From assembly GCA_002408565.1 (NCBI GenBank), contig DHTA01000005.1:108049-172048 (forward strand): a DNA stretch of 64,000 nt, written 5' to 3'. Below, piece by piece: positions 9,106-19,498 of this stretch (position 1 is its first letter; each line of letters starts with the position of its first letter). The notes beneath the pieces are model-generated. The model saw only the letters and a program-made list of their open reading frames with translations. It did no database searches and was not told the DNA's origin. This DNA comes from Patescibacteria group bacterium UBA5272 (GTDB lineage Bacteria > Patescibacteriota > Minisyncoccia > Phycocordibacterales > UBA5272). The position numbers and the translations under genes were made by a program.

Positions 9106-10516
9106 GGAAAAAAATCCAGCCAGACACAAAGATAACTCTTCTCGTTTTTCGGAGAGAGAAGAGATTATTTCTAGAGACGAAGAAGTTTCTAGAAGAAAAA
9201 AAGAATTTGGAGATGTTGAGTATACCAGAGAAGGCAGACCAATGATTAAAGCTTCCTCTCATTTTGATGTCAAACCAGCAAATTATAGAAGAGAGAGATC
9301 GGGAGAAGAGTTTGATGTTTTAAAAAGAAGTGAATTTTTCAATAATACTAGTCAAAGAAATTTTGATGAAGACAAACTTAAAGAGTTTAAACAAAAAAGA
9401 AATAAAAAGAAAACTGAAAGGAGGGCTTTTGGTATAATTTTTCTTATTTTAATTGTGGGAGGTTTAGCCGCTTGGACTTTCTTATTTAATAGCGTCAAAC
9501 TTTATGTCAATCCAAAATATGAAGATATAGAGCTCACTGGAAGTTTTTTGGTTTTTAAGGATGACATAGTGGTAAATTATGCCAGCTCAACCTTAACCAA
9601 AACTGTCTTAAAATCTGAGCCAAAAGAAGTCAATCAAAAAGCTGCTGGAGAATTGACCATTTACAACAATTATTCTGAAGCCCCTCAAGTTTTGATTACT
9701 AATACTAGATTTCAAACTCCAGACGGAAAGATTTTCAGGATTGGTGAAAGTGTGACCGTGCCTGGGAAAAAGGGGACGACTCCCGGATCTGTTAAGGTGA
9801 AAGTTTCAGCTGATGCTTATGGGGCAGAATATAATATTTCTGCTACCGAATTTACTATTCCTGGTTTTAAAGGTACAGCTAGATTTGATGGCTTTTATGC
9901 AAAGTCCACCGAGCCTATGACTGGCGGAGTTTCAGGAATTGTACAAATTGTTTCTCCAGATGATATAGCCAAGGCTAAACTAGAGCTTTCTTCTTCTATT
10001 AAATCAAACATAATCGCGGAGGCTGAGAAAATCAAAAGAGAAAATTATGTGACTTTAGTTAAAGCTCCTTTAATCACTTACACTGACAATCAAGAAGATC
10101 TCATGACTACTGAAAAAACTTCTTATGAATTGACTGGCTCAGGAATTATTCTTTCTATACGAGAAGAAGTTTTAGCAAAAATGTTAGCTCAACATGCTTT
10201 AGGAGATTCTTACAATGAGTTGGAAAGTGTTCGTTTAGATAATGAAGAATATTTAATCTTTTCTCTAGATGAAAAGACAGACTTGGCAGCTGATATTATT
10301 AAAATTGATATCACTGGAAGAGCGAGAATCGTTTGGACTTATGATGTTGAAAATATTAAAGCTTCTTTGGTAGGTCAAAGGTTGACTACTTTAAATGAAG
10401 TTCTAGCAAATTATAGTTCAGCTATTACTGATAGCTCATACAACGCTTCTCCTTCTTGGATTAAAAAGTTTCCAACTTCTATAGAAAGAATTAGACTTAT
10501 TGAAGAAATAAGGTAA
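9065..10516 (+). CDS. Membrane-anchored baseplate J/gp47-like domain protein
   Basis: Charged N-terminus and one TM helix, then AAGELTIYN..TRFQTPDGKIFR..VTVPG..VSADAYGAEYNI..MTGG. Likely start MRDIRR at 9065. Confidence 0.7.
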   Translation: MRDIRRPYRNSRSEEKNPARHKDNSSRFSEREEIISRDEEVSRRKKEFGDVEYTREGRPMIKASSHFDVKPANYRRERSGEEFDVLKRSEFFNNTSQRNFDEDKLKEFKQKRNKKKTERRAFGIIFLILIVGGLAAWTFLFNSVKLYVNPKYEDIELTGSFLVFKDDIVVNYASSTLTKTVLKSEPKEVNQKAAGELTIYNNYSEAPQVLITNTRFQTPDGKIFRIGESVTVPGKKGTTPGSVKVKVSADAYGAEYNISATEFTIPGFKGTARFDGFYAKSTEPMTGGVSGIVQIVSPDDIAKAKLELSSSIKSNIIAEAEKIKRENYVTLVKAPLITYTDNQEDLMTTEKTSYELTGSGIILSIREEVLAKMLAQHALGDSYNELESVRLDNEEYLIFSLDEKTDLAADIIKIDITGRARIVWTYDVENIKASLVGQRLTTLNEVLANYSSAITDSSYNASPSWIKKFPTSIERIRLIEEIR

Positions 10517-10530
10517 AATAGGTATTAATT

Positions 10531-10788
10531 ATGAATAAAGAAAATAAAAATATAGAAGATATAGAAGAGTTCGAAGACGAAGATGTTTTGGAAGTCAAAG
10601 AGGGACGGGTTATAGAAGCTTTGCCGGCAGCTCTTTTCAGAGTAAAATTTAATAGTGATGGTAAGGAGTTGATTTGTTTTTTGAAAGGTAAAATTAAAAT
10701 CTTTAAAATTAAGATTTTGGTAGGGGATAAGGTCTTGGTCGAGATCGATCCGTATGGAGGAAGAGGTAGAATTATAAGAAGGCTCTAA
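10531..10788 (+). CDS. infA: Translation initiation factor IF-1
   Basis: EGRVIEALP..FRV..GKI..IKILVGDKV..PY..GRI. Confidence 0.93.
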   Translation: MNKENKNIEDIEEFEDEDVLEVKEGRVIEALPAALFRVKFNSDGKELICFLKGKIKIFKIKILVGDKVLVEIDPYGGRGRIIRRL

Positions 10789-10884
10789 AAGCTTTAGAGA
10801 TATAGCTAGAAAGTTTGCAATTTTTTATTAATTATAGTATACTTTCTCTCACAAACTAAATACTAGTTTTTTATTTTTTTGCTT

Positions 10885-10998
10885 ATGAAAGTAAGATCAT
10901 CTGTTAAAAAGTTTTGCGGAAATTGTAAAATGATAAAGAGGAATGGCGACCTCCGTGTTATTTGTACTAATCCAAAACATAAGCAAGTACAAGGATAA
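10885..10998 (+). CDS. rpmJ: 50S ribosomal protein L36 (not in ORF track)
   Basis: Translates as [37 protein letters not shown]. Confidence 0.97.
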   Translation: MKVRSSVKKFCGNCKMIKRNGDLRVICTNPKHKQVQG

Positions 10999-11014
10999 TT
11001 TATTATTAAACATT

Positions 11015-11395
11015 ATGCGTATTGCAGGTATTACAATTCCAGAAGACAAGAGATTAGAGGTGGCTCTGACTGTGGTTCACGGTATCGGTCGCCCAAGAGC
11101 TAAGACTATTTTAAATAGTCTTAATATTGATTCTGCTAAAAAGGTTCCAGATCTTACAGCTGATGAAGAAAAAGATGTGAGACGTGAAGTGGAAGCTTTT
11201 AAAATCGAAGGAGACTTGAGAAGAGAAAAACAAATCAATATTAAAAGGCTCAAAGATTTAAAATGTTATCGTGGCGTCAGACATACTCGCGGTTTGCCAG
11301 TCAGAGGACAAAGAACCAAAACCAATAGTCGCACAGTAAGAGGCAATCAAAGAAAGACTATGGGCTCTGGTAGAAGAAAAGTCGAAAAGACCTAG
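11015..11395 (+). CDS. rpsM: 30S ribosomal protein S13
   Basis: MRIAGITIP..HGIG..YRGVRHTRGLPVRGQRTKTN. Start corrected to 11015. Confidence 0.97.
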   Translation: MRIAGITIPEDKRLEVALTVVHGIGRPRAKTILNSLNIDSAKKVPDLTADEEKDVRREVEAFKIEGDLRREKQINIKRLKDLKCYRGVRHTRGLPVRGQRTKTNSRTVRGNQRKTMGSGRRKVEKT

Positions 11396-11419
11396 AAATA
11401 TAATTATTATTAAAAAAAT

Positions 11420-11854
11420 ATGGGAAAGAAACGTGTAGTTAAAAAAAGTGGTTCAGGATTAGATCATGCTCTTAAAAACAGAGCTCTTTCTAAGTCCGTC
11501 AAAAGAAAACTCTCAGAAGGTATTCTTTATGTTGAATCTACTTACAACAATACAAAATTAACTCTGACAGATTTGTCTGGTAATGTAATTATTTGGTCCA
11601 CTTCTGGTTCTCTTGGATTTAAAGGAGCCAAAAAAGGTACCCCTTATGCCGCTGGAAAAATTGCTGAAGTGATTGGAGAAAAAGCTTCTCTAGCTGGAGT
11701 GAAAGAGGTAAAAGTTATAGTTAACGGTGTCGGTTCAGGAAGAGAGGCGGCTATTAGATCTTTTGCTGCTTTCGGAATTGATTTAACTTCTATCGAAGAT
11801 AAGACTCCTGTTCCTCACAACGGTCCAAAACCAAAGAAACCAAGAAGAATTTAA
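11420..11854 (+). CDS. rpsK: 30S ribosomal protein S11
   Basis: STYNNT, GFKGAKKGTPYAA, DKTPVPHNG. Confidence 0.98.
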   Translation: MGKKRVVKKSGSGLDHALKNRALSKSVKRKLSEGILYVESTYNNTKLTLTDLSGNVIIWSTSGSLGFKGAKKGTPYAAGKIAEVIGEKASLAGVKEVKVIVNGVGSGREAAIRSFAAFGIDLTSIEDKTPVPHNGPKPKKPRRI

Positions 11855-11872
11855 TTTTAATATTATAAAAAT

Positions 11873-12505
11873 ATGATGGATAAAAAATGTAAAATTTGTA
11901 GAAGAGCCGGTGAAAAACTTTTTCTAAAAGGGGAAAGATGTTTTACTCCTAAATGTGCTATGAACACAAGAGCTTATCCTCCTGGAAAACTTGCTTCTGA
12001 AAAGAAACGTAGATCTCCAATTTCTGAATATGGTATTCAAATGAGAGAGAAACAAAAAATCAAAAATATCTACGGCGTTTCTGAAAAACAATTTGTAGCT
12101 TATGTCAAAAATGCAGAGACTTCAGCTGTAAACACAAAAGTTATGCCTGCTCTTGGTGCTTATATCAATCTAGAAACTCGTTTAGACAATGTGGTCTTTA
12201 GAATGGGTCTAGCTAAAAGTCGTCCTTTGGCGAGACAAATTGTCTCTCATGGACACATATTGGTCAACGGGAAAAAGATTAATATCCCTTCTCACAGAGT
12301 AAGAGTGGGAGATGTGGTGGCAATCAGAGAGGGTTCAAAAAGTAGCAAGCTTTTCAGTGAGGCTACAAACAAATTGAAAGATGTTTCCTCACCAGATTGG
12401 TTGGCTTTAGACGCTACCAAACTTGAGGCTAAAGTAAATTCTTTCCCTAAAGAAATTGAAGGAGGATTTGACTTTGCGAAGGTTCTCGAATTTTACAGCA
12501 AATAG
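11873..12505 (+). CDS. rpsD: 30S ribosomal protein S4
   Basis: CKICRRAGEKLFLKGERC, LETRLDNVVFRMG, EFYS. Confidence 0.98.
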   Translation: MMDKKCKICRRAGEKLFLKGERCFTPKCAMNTRAYPPGKLASEKKRRSPISEYGIQMREKQKIKNIYGVSEKQFVAYVKNAETSAVNTKVMPALGAYINLETRLDNVVFRMGLAKSRPLARQIVSHGHILVNGKKINIPSHRVRVGDVVAIREGSKSSKLFSEATNKLKDVSSPDWLALDATKLEAKVNSFPKEIEGGFDFAKVLEFYSK

Positions 12506-12639
12506 TAAGAATATCGGTTTTCCCCTTGATTTTCTTAGGCTTTTTGTGTTATAATAACCTCCGTCAATTTTTGTCGGTTAATTTATTAATTTTATTAATT
12601 ATTAAGAACAATAGGTCAGAAAAATAATAAGATAAAACT

Positions 12640-13608
12640 ATGCATTCACAAAATATCAATCTCCCATCCAAGCCAAAAATTATCAAAGAAGAAGATAATA
12701 AAGGTATTTACGAAATCGATGGATTATATCCTGGATATGGATATACTTTAGGCAATTCTATTAGAAGAATTATAATTTCTTCTATTCCTGGAGCAGCTAT
12801 CACTTCTCTTTCTATCGAAGGAGTCAAACATGAATTTTCCACCATTGAAGGCATCAAAGAAGATGTCATTTCTCTTATTTTAAATTTAAAAGAGATTAAC
12901 TTTACTTTACACTCAGATGAGCCTCAAAAGATTTCTCTCAAAGTTAAGGGGCCAAAAGTTGTCACTGCAGCAGACTTGGATGTCAATTCTGAAGTGGAAG
13001 TTTTAAATAAAGATGCATATCTTTGCGAAATTACTGGTAAAGTCACTTTAGAATTTGAAATGACTGTAGAAAAAGGTATTGGTTATATTTCTAAAGAGCA
13101 AGTGGAAAAAGAAAGAACAGCTATTGGAGATATTGCTTTGGATGCAGCTTTTACACCTGTAAAAAGAGCGAGTTATGAAGTAGAAAATATGCGTGTTGGA
13201 GATAGGACAGATCACAATAGATTAAGACTTTTTATTGAAACAGATGGTACAATTTCTCCTAAAGAAGTTTTAGAATATTCTATTTCTCTTATGATCAAAC
13301 AGCTTCAAGCTGTAGTTGGTTTTAAGGAAAATGTCATTGAAGCAGAAGACGGTATGATGTCAGACAATATGGTAGAAGGAGCTCAAGATACTGCAGAGTC
13401 TCCATCTAAAATCAAAATTGAAGAGTTACAATTTTCTACTCGTACCGAAAACGCTCTCTTGGCTGGAGGGGTAAAGACTTTATCTGGCCTTTTGAAAAAA
13501 TCAGAGTCTGATTTGAAGGCTCTTGGAGGGCTTGGTGACAAAGCAGTAGAAGAAATAAGGGAGCTCTTAGAAGGAAAAGGTCTTTATCTTAAACAAGAGA
13601 AGAAATAA
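12640..13608 (+). CDS. rpoA: RNA polymerase alpha subunit
   Basis: GYGYTLGNSIRR, HEFSTIEGIKED; alpha-CTD STRTENAL. Confidence 0.98.
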   Translation: MHSQNINLPSKPKIIKEEDNKGIYEIDGLYPGYGYTLGNSIRRIIISSIPGAAITSLSIEGVKHEFSTIEGIKEDVISLILNLKEINFTLHSDEPQKISLKVKGPKVVTAADLDVNSEVEVLNKDAYLCEITGKVTLEFEMTVEKGIGYISKEQVEKERTAIGDIALDAAFTPVKRASYEVENMRVGDRTDHNRLRLFIETDGTISPKEVLEYSISLMIKQLQAVVGFKENVIEAEDGMMSDNMVEGAQDTAESPSKIKIEELQFSTRTENALLAGGVKTLSGLLKKSESDLKALGGLGDKAVEEIRELLEGKGLYLKQEKK

Positions 13609-13654
13609 GAGTTGCAAAAATACTTAAAAAAGTGTATAAAATATAGACAAAAAC

Positions 13655-14008
13655 ATGAAGCATCATAAAAATTTTAGAAAATTTGGACGAGAGAAAAATC
13701 AGAGAAAGGCTTTTATTAAAGGTCTAGCTGTGAACTTGATTCGTCACGAAAAAATAGAGACAACTGAAGCTAGAGCCAAAGAGATTAGACCTTTTGTGGA
13801 GAGATTGGTCACTTTAGCTAAAGAAGATACTGTAGCAAGAAGGAGATTAGTAGCTAGCAGAATTCTCAATCAAGAACCTGAAACTAAAAAACTTTTCACC
13901 GAGATTGCTCCAAAATATAAAGATGTGAATGGTGGATATTTAAGAATTACTAAATTAGGACAAAGAATTGGAGACGGTTCACCAATTGCTATAATTGAAT
14001 TTGTATAA
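13655..14008 (+). CDS. rplQ: 50S ribosomal protein L17
   Basis: MKH..RKFGR..IETTEARAKE..GGYLRI..R.GD. Confidence 0.98.
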   Translation: MKHHKNFRKFGREKNQRKAFIKGLAVNLIRHEKIETTEARAKEIRPFVERLVTLAKEDTVARRRLVASRILNQEPETKKLFTEIAPKYKDVNGGYLRITKLGQRIGDGSPIAIIEFV

Positions 14009-14012
14009 AAAT

Positions 14013-14378
14013 ATGACAACTCTAAAAGAAACAAAAGAATATACAATTGATGCGACAGGAAAATCTTTAGGAAGATTATCTTCTCAGGTAGCAGCTCTTT
14101 TAAATGCTAAAAATTCTACTAGTTTTGCAAAAAATGTAGTGGCTCCAGTAAAGGTTAAAGTTATTAATGCTTCAAAAGTAAAAGTGACAGGTAAAAAAAT
14201 GAATCAAAGTGTTCACAAGACTTATTCTGGTTATCCAGGAGGACAAAGAGTGAAAACTTTAGCTACAGTTGTAGAGAAAAAAGGATATAAAGAAATTGTG
14301 AGACATGCTGTGGAAGGAATGCTTCCTAAAAATAAATTACAAGACAAGAGAATGAAAAATCTTTTAATAGAAGAATAA
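14013..14378 (+). CDS. rplM: 50S ribosomal protein L13
   Basis: IDATGKSLGRL, SGYPGG, AVEGMLPKN. Start MTTLK at 14013. Confidence 0.97.
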   Translation: MTTLKETKEYTIDATGKSLGRLSSQVAALLNAKNSTSFAKNVVAPVKVKVINASKVKVTGKKMNQSVHKTYSGYPGGQRVKTLATVVEKKGYKEIVRHAVEGMLPKNKLQDKRMKNLLIEE

Positions 14379-14396
14379 GTTTAATATTATAAAATT

Positions 14397-14795
14397 ATGA
14401 GTAAAGAAAAATACATTGAAGGCATAGGAAGAAGAAAAACTGCGACAGCTAGAGTTCGTATAACTCCATCAGCTAAAGCTTCTTTTATCGTAAACGATAA
14501 AGATGTTCACGATTATTTTCCAACTTCAGAACTTCTCACTGTAGTAAATTCGGCTTTTGCTAAAGCTGATATTCCAAATAAATATTCTATTACCGTCAAA
14601 GTTTCAGGTTCTGGTATTCATTCTCAAGCCGAAGCTGTTAGACATGGTATCACTAGATGTTTGGTAGAAGAAGATAAAGAGCTTAGAACTACTCTCAAAA
14701 AACTTGGTTTCCTCAAAAGAGATCCTAGAAAGAAAGAAAGAAAGAAATTCGGTCTTAAAAAAGCTCGTAAAGGTCCAACTTGGTCAAAAAGATAG
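14397..14795 (+). CDS. rpsI: 30S ribosomal protein S9
   Basis: GRRKTATARV..RDPRKKERKKFGLKKARKGPTWSKR. Confidence 0.98.
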   Translation: MSKEKYIEGIGRRKTATARVRITPSAKASFIVNDKDVHDYFPTSELLTVVNSAFAKADIPNKYSITVKVSGSGIHSQAEAVRHGITRCLVEEDKELRTTLKKLGFLKRDPRKKERKKFGLKKARKGPTWSKR

Positions 14796-14822
14796 TAAAA
14801 ACCCGGATATTCCGGGTTTTTA
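14796..14822 (+). terminator. Intrinsic terminator after rpsI
   Basis: TAAAAACCCGGA-tat-TCCGGGTTTTTA. Confidence 0.85.
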
Positions 14823-14911
14823 TTTTACAAAAACCCCATTTGACAAACATCTTAAAGCTTGATAGATTAAAACTAGAAAATGTTATTTGAAATCTTTTAA
14901 AATAATCATTA

Positions 14912-15445
14912 ATGAGAAAAGATGTTTTAACAATCGTTGGGGAAGGGTTGTTTGGCGCAGACTGGATTCCAATTATGGAAAACCAAAAGTTTTCTTTTCG
15001 AAAAGAGTTTAAGACTTCATTGTCTAGAAAGTATAATGAAGAACAAAGACTTCCGTCCAAAAAGAAATACAAAGTACACATTTTGGCTGGAAATGAAATT
15101 GAAAAGAAACAGGAGCGTACAACCGAAAATCTAAAAAGATTAGCCGAAGAAAAGTATGGCTTTAAATCTTTTGAAACATTGAAAGGTGAAGGAGTCTTTT
15201 TGTGTAGACTCAAAATCTCAAATCAAAAGATGAGGGAGATGGGCTTTGATTATATTTCTATGCTGCATAAACCTTATGAAGATGACTATGGAGATGAGGG
15301 ATTTATAATCTTTGACGATTCCTTGCAGGATAATATTTATTTATATTATGCTGAAATGAATGATTATTGGGCAAAAAATGGGGGATTTATTTTCTTGGAA
15401 GAAATTCCTGTCCCTCAATCGAAAAAAGATAAAAAACCTTTGTAA
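14912..15445 (+). CDS. Hypothetical protein resembling CPR C-type-lectin-fold (DGR-target-like) proteins
   Basis: RTTENLK..A, EMGFDYISMLHKPYEDDYGD and terminal YW..NGGFIF. Own TTGACA..TAGATT promoter. The family resemblance is from memory. Confidence 0.5.
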   Translation: MRKDVLTIVGEGLFGADWIPIMENQKFSFRKEFKTSLSRKYNEEQRLPSKKKYKVHILAGNEIEKKQERTTENLKRLAEEKYGFKSFETLKGEGVFLCRLKISNQKMREMGFDYISMLHKPYEDDYGDEGFIIFDDSLQDNIYLYYAEMNDYWAKNGGFIFLEEIPVPQSKKDKKPL

Positions 15446-15460
15446 TTTTACAAAGGTTTT
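15433..15460 (+). terminator. Intrinsic terminator overlapping the stop codon
   Basis: AAAACCTTTGTA-attt-TACAAAGGTTTT followed by a T-rich run. Confidence 0.7.
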
Positions 15461-15616
15461 CTTTTTTGCTTTTTGTTAAAAATATTTTTTATGATATAAT
15501 GCTAATATCACTAATAGGTTGTAAATGATAGATGTTTCTCGCATGACTTTTATTAGTGTTTTGTTATTTTAAAAAATCGCCTACAATAATTAATTTATGG
15601 CGTGATAAAGCTAATT

Positions 15617-16264
15617 ATGAAAGATAAAAAAGATAAAAATGATTCTGAGATTGAGGAGAAAGAAATTACTGAAGAGGAGGCGAACGATGTGGTTTTTGAA
15701 GAATTGGATGAGGATGGCGAAGAGATGACCGGAAGACAGAAGAAAAAAAACGAAAAAGATAAATTAAAAGAAAAGTTTGAAGATAAAATTAAAAGACTTG
15801 AGAAAGAGAGAGATGAATATTTGAGAGGTTGGCAAAGAGCTCAAGCGGATTATAAAAATAGAGAAAAAGAATTAGAAGATTATAGAAAAGGTATTGTCAA
15901 ATTTGCTAACGAAAATTTGGTAAAAGAAATGCTGCCAGTTTTTGATGGATATGATGCTGCCCGTAGCAACAAAAAGCAATGGGAAGATGTCAATCCAGAT
16001 TGGAGAATAGGAGTAGAATATCTCTTTTCTCAGTTCTTAGATATTTTAGCTGATGCTGGAGTCGTGATTTATGGAAAAGAAGGAGATGTATATGATCCTT
16101 CACTTCACGAAGCTATAGAATTAATAGAATTATCTCCTGAAGAAAAAGCTAAAGATCATAAAATTGTTTCCGTTTTACAGAAAGGATATAAAATGGGAGA
16201 CAAGATTTTGCGAGCAGCCAAAGTGAAAGTTGGCAAATTAAAAGAGAATGACAATTTATTATAA
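15617..16264 (+). CDS. grpE: Nucleotide exchange factor GrpE
   Basis: QRAQADYKN, YDPSLHEA, QKGYKMGDKILRAAKVKV. ATG at 15617; a GTG at 15602 is possible. Confidence 0.96.
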   Translation: MKDKKDKNDSEIEEKEITEEEANDVVFEELDEDGEEMTGRQKKKNEKDKLKEKFEDKIKRLEKERDEYLRGWQRAQADYKNREKELEDYRKGIVKFANENLVKEMLPVFDGYDAARSNKKQWEDVNPDWRIGVEYLFSQFLDILADAGVVIYGKEGDVYDPSLHEAIELIELSPEEKAKDHKIVSVLQKGYKMGDKILRAAKVKVGKLKENDNLL

Positions 16265-16290
16265 AATATTAAGAAAAGAAAGAAACGAAT

Positions 16291-18192
16291 ATGAGTAAAA
16301 TTATTGGAATCGACTTAGGAACCACAAATTCAGCAGCGGCAATTATTGAAGGAGGACAACCAAAAATAATTGAAAATGTTGAGGGATATAGAACTACTCC
16401 GTCTGTGATTTCCTATGCAAAAAACGGAGAAAGAACAGCTGGAATTGTAGCTAAAAGACAGGCCGTTATCAATCCAGAAAATACTATTTATGGAGTAAAA
16501 AGATATATGGGTCACTCTTTTAAAGATAAAGAAGTGCAATCTGATATTTCTAAAGTAGCTTATAAATTAAAAGAGGGGCCAAATGGTTCAGTTTTAATTA
16601 CTTTAGGAGGAAAAGATTATCGTCCCGAAGAAGTTTCAGCTATGATACTTCAAAAATTAAAAGCCGACGCAGAAGCTAAACTTGGAGAAAAAATTACTGA
16701 AGCTGTTATTACAGTGCCTGCTTATTTTAATGACACTCAAAGACAAGCTACGGTAGATGCTGGAAAAATTGCTGGCTTGGAAGTTAAAAGAATTATTCCT
16801 GAACCTACAGCAGCAGCTTTGGCTTATGGATTTAATACAAATAAAAATGAAAAATTAGCTGTCTATGACTTTGGGGGAGGGACTTTCGATATTTCCATTC
16901 TAGAAGTAGGAGACGGTGTGGTGGAAGTAAAATCTGTGGACGGAGACTCTCATCTTGGAGGTCGTGACATCGACCATGAAATAATGAAAGTCATTATAGA
17001 TAAATTTAAAGCTGAAACTGGTATTGATGTTAGTGGAGACACTTTGGCTTTGCAAAGAATTGATGAAGCAGCAGAAAAAGCTAAACATGAGCTTTCTACT
17101 CAATCTGTAGCTGAAATCTTTCTTCCATTCTTGACTGCTGGTCAAGATGGACCAAAGAATCTTCAAATGAATCTCACTCGTGCCGAGCTTGAAAATATTG
17201 CTCGTCCATTTGTAGAAAGAACAATAGAAATTACTAAAAGAGCACTTGAAAGTTCTCCTTTCAAAAAAGAAGAAATTCATGATGTGATTTTAGTAGGCGG
17301 ACAAACCAGAATGCCTATGGTTGCAGAAGCTGTAAAAAATCTTTTTGGTAAAGAGCCAAATAGAAATATCAATCCAGATGAAGTGGTGGCTATGGGGGCA
17401 GCAGTGCAAGCTGGTGTCTTACAAGGAGACGTGAAAGACGTTTTACTTTTAGATGTTATACCTCTTTCTCTTGGTATTGAAACTTTAGGAGGTGTGGCAA
17501 CCAAATTGGTAGAAAAAAATACCACTATCCCAACTCAAAGATCGCAGACTTTCTCTACTGCGGGCGATAATCAAACTTCAGTAGAGATTCATATTGTCCA
17601 AGGAGAAAGACCAATGGCGGCTGACAACAAATCTTTAGGTAGATTTATTTTGGATGGCATTCCTCCAGCTCCACGTGGAGTTCCGCAAGTAGAAGTATCT
17701 TTTGATATCGATGCAAACGGTATTTTAAATGTCACCGCTAAAGATAAAACTTCTGGTAAAGAACAATCTATCAGAATTGAAGCTAGCTCCGGTTTAACCG
17801 ATGAAGATATTAAAAGAATGCAAAATGAAGCTGAAGCCAATGCGGAAGCTGATAAAAAGAAAATGGAAGTCATTGAAGCTAGAAATCTTGCTGACCAAAC
17901 AATTCATATTGCGGAAAAAGCTTTAAAAGATGCGGAAGGTAAAATTTCTGATGAGATTAAAAATGAAGTTACTCAAAAAAGAATTGATTTAACTTCTGTT
18001 AAAAATAATCCAGAATCTACTGTAGAGCAAATCAAAAAAGCTACAGAAGAATTATCGGAAGCTATGATGAAAATTGGCGAAGCTATGAAGTCATCTAACG
18101 ACGCTAACTCAAACCCAAATCCTAATCCTGAAAATCAGGAAAATAAAGAAAATCCTGAAAATACAGAAAATAACGAATCACAAACTAATTAA
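16291..18192 (+). CDS. dnaK: Chaperone DnaK
   Basis: [34 protein letters not shown]. Confidence 0.99.
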   Translation: MSKIIGIDLGTTNSAAAIIEGGQPKIIENVEGYRTTPSVISYAKNGERTAGIVAKRQAVINPENTIYGVKRYMGHSFKDKEVQSDISKVAYKLKEGPNGSVLITLGGKDYRPEEVSAMILQKLKADAEAKLGEKITEAVITVPAYFNDTQRQATVDAGKIAGLEVKRIIPEPTAAALAYGFNTNKNEKLAVYDFGGGTFDISILEVGDGVVEVKSVDGDSHLGGRDIDHEIMKVIIDKFKAETGIDVSGDTLALQRIDEAAEKAKHELSTQSVAEIFLPFLTAGQDGPKNLQMNLTRAELENIARPFVERTIEITKRALESSPFKKEEIHDVILVGGQTRMPMVAEAVKNLFGKEPNRNINPDEVVAMGAAVQAGVLQGDVKDVLLLDVIPLSLGIETLGGVATKLVEKNTTIPTQRSQTFSTAGDNQTSVEIHIVQGERPMAADNKSLGRFILDGIPPAPRGVPQVEVSFDIDANGILNVTAKDKTSGKEQSIRIEASSGLTDEDIKRMQNEAEANAEADKKKMEVIEARNLADQTIHIAEKALKDAEGKISDEIKNEVTQKRIDLTSVKNNPESTVEQIKKATEELSEAMMKIGEAMKSSNDANSNPNPNPENQENKENPENTENNESQTN

Positions 18193-18251
18193 AGTTTTTT
18201 AAAGTAGAAAATAAAAATATTTTCTACTTGATAAAGATTTTACATAAACCT

Positions 18252-19376
18252 ATGGCTAAAAAAGATTATTATCAAATATTAGGGGTTAATAAAAGCGCTT
18301 CAAAAGACGAAATTAAGAAGTCTTTTTACAAACTTGCCTCAAAGTATCATCCAGACAAAAAAGACGGTGACGAGGCCAAATTTAAAGAAATAAACGAAGC
18401 TTATCAAGTACTCTCCAACGATCAAAAGAGAAAAGAATATGATACTTATGGCCAAACTTTTTCTGGAGCTGGTTCAAATGGGGCTGGTGGCTTTAATGGT
18501 GGACAAGGTTTTGGGGGATTTGATTTTTCTGGGTTTAAAGAAGGAGATTTTCAAGGGGCGAATTTTGATTTTGGAGATTTAGGAGATATTTTTGGAGACA
18601 TATTTGGTGGGGGAGGTTTCTCTTCTCCTTTTGGAAGACAAAAAGAAAAAAGAGGTAGAGATATGGCTATGGAAATGGATATTAATTTTGAAGAATCTAT
18701 TTTTGGAGTTGAAAAAAATGTAGTCATTACTAAAATTTCTAAATGTAAAACTTGTGTTGGTTCAGGAGCAAAACCTGGCACCAAAATGGAAACTTGTAAA
18801 AAGTGTAATGGTAAAGGAAGAGTTAGTGAAGTAAAAAGAACTATTTTTGGAGCTATGCAGTCTGAGCAAACTTGTTCAGTCTGTAATGGTAAAGGACAAA
18901 TTCCTAAAGAAAAATGTGTTACTTGTAATGGGGCTGGAGTGCTTAACGCTAAAGAAGACATAAAAATAAATATTCCAGCTGGAATTCGAAGTGGAGAAAC
19001 TATAAAAATTACTGGTATGGGTGAAGCGGTCTCTAATGGTAGAACAGGGGATTTATATGTAACCATTTTAGTCAAACCTCACAAAATCTGGAAAAGAGAA
19101 AATTATGATTTAGTAATAACTCATGACATCAAACTCACTGATATACTTTTAGGAGCTAAGCAAACTATTTCTGGTCTTGATGGAAATATTGAATTTGAAA
19201 TTCCGGCTGGCATTTCTTTAAATGAGGTTATTAGAATCAAAGGACGAGGTGTGCCTATAGCTAATAATAGAAATCAAAGAGGGGATGTCTTGATTAAATT
19301 AAATGTGCAACTTCCTAAGAAAATGAGTAAAAAATTAGAAGATTTAATTAAAGATTTAAAAAAAGAAGGACTTTAA
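18252..19376 (+). CDS. dnaJ: Chaperone DnaJ
   Basis: J-domain HPD, G/F-rich region, four CxxCxGxG repeats. Start MAKK at 18252. Confidence 0.98.
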   Translation: MAKKDYYQILGVNKSASKDEIKKSFYKLASKYHPDKKDGDEAKFKEINEAYQVLSNDQKRKEYDTYGQTFSGAGSNGAGGFNGGQGFGGFDFSGFKEGDFQGANFDFGDLGDIFGDIFGGGGFSSPFGRQKEKRGRDMAMEMDINFEESIFGVEKNVVITKISKCKTCVGSGAKPGTKMETCKKCNGKGRVSEVKRTIFGAMQSEQTCSVCNGKGQIPKEKCVTCNGAGVLNAKEDIKINIPAGIRSGETIKITGMGEAVSNGRTGDLYVTILVKPHKIWKRENYDLVITHDIKLTDILLGAKQTISGLDGNIEFEIPAGISLNEVIRIKGRGVPIANNRNQRGDVLIKLNVQLPKKMSKKLEDLIKDLKKEGL

Positions 19377-19424
19377 AAATGGCTTAAATTTTTAGTTTAA
19401 ATAAGTTATAATACTGAAGCAAAT

Positions 19425-19498
19425 TGCCCATTCGTCTAATGGTAGGACAACAGTTTCTGGCACTGTTAATTGAGGTTCGACTCCTTGATGGGCAGCCA
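19425..19498 (+). tRNA. tRNA-Gln (CTG)
   Basis: Acceptor TGCCCAT/ATGGGCA; anticodon arm ACAGT-TTCTGGC-ACTGT; T-loop TTCGACT; CCA encoded. Confidence 0.95.

Noticed and set aside
18100-18190. Short repeats (AATCCTGAAAAT) at the dnaK 3' end
   Set aside because: Low-complexity coding tail (NPEN), not an array.
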